In this document: positions 63,895-64,000 of the stretch, piece after piece
How the letters are laid out: each line of letters begins with the position of its first letter
Numbering within the stretch: position 1 is the stretch's first letter
Source of the DNA: the human T2T-CHM13v2.0 reference genome, Homo sapiens
Length of the DNA stretch: 64,000 nt
Reading direction: 5' to 3' (one strand)
Assembly: GCF_009914755.1 (NCBI RefSeq)
Contig: NC_060936.1
Made by a program: the position numbers and the translations under genes
Notes under the pieces: generated by a model
What the model was told of the DNA's origin: nothing
The model's database searches: none
Seen by the model: the letters and a program-made list of their open reading frames with translations, nothing else

Positions 63895-64000
63895 GCATTT
63901 GCAGTGACCTGGATGAGATTGGAGACTATTATTCTAAGTGAAGTAACTCAGTAATGGAAAACCAAACATCGTATGTTCTCACTGGTATGTGGGAGGGAAG
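63895..64000 (+). mobile_element. L1PB-type 3' fragment (runs off the window)
   Basis: gcatttgcagtgacctggatgagattggagactattattctaagtgaagtaactcag...aaaaccaaacatcgtatgttctcact. Confidence 0.88.

Noticed and set aside
63390-63907. Functional L1 ORF1p
   Set aside because: Frameshifted, prematurely stopped and interrupted by an L1PB fragment

Overview
Primate (very probably human) non-coding genomic DNA, intergenic or deep-intronic. It is not prokaryotic. I find no credible protein-coding exon, rRNA, tRNA or CRISPR array, and I cannot name the locus. Much of the window is recognisable interspersed repeat: about 11 Alu pieces (most full-length copies with visible target-site duplications, TSDs), old L1M and L1PB fragments, many L2 and MIR remnants, MaLR LTRs (MLT1/MST), ERV1 LTRs (MER21, MER50), an ERV-L pol plus MLT2 LTR remnant, LTR16A, and DNA-transposon fossils (MER2, Tigger3a, MER58A, MER45, MER5). 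The listed ORFs are repeat-derived or chance. The structure not explained by standard repeats is a set of short local rearrangements that look like template-switch or templated-insertion events: a ~160-bp direct repeat bracketing a homeodomain-motif cluster (46.1/47.7 kb), a ~170-bp copy of an L2 segment (56.8/59.2 kb), a ~50-bp direct repeat around a deleted ERV-L (31.5/33.1 kb), an inverted duplication inside an MSTA LTR (21.0 kb) and a double hairpin (59.9 kb). There are also several repeat-poor, motif-dense enhancer candidates and a possible lncRNA terminal exon (17.5-17.7 kb). Repeat subfamily names come from remembered consensus sequences and should be confirmed with RepeatMasker/Dfam. 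I cannot support a claim of a new biological system.
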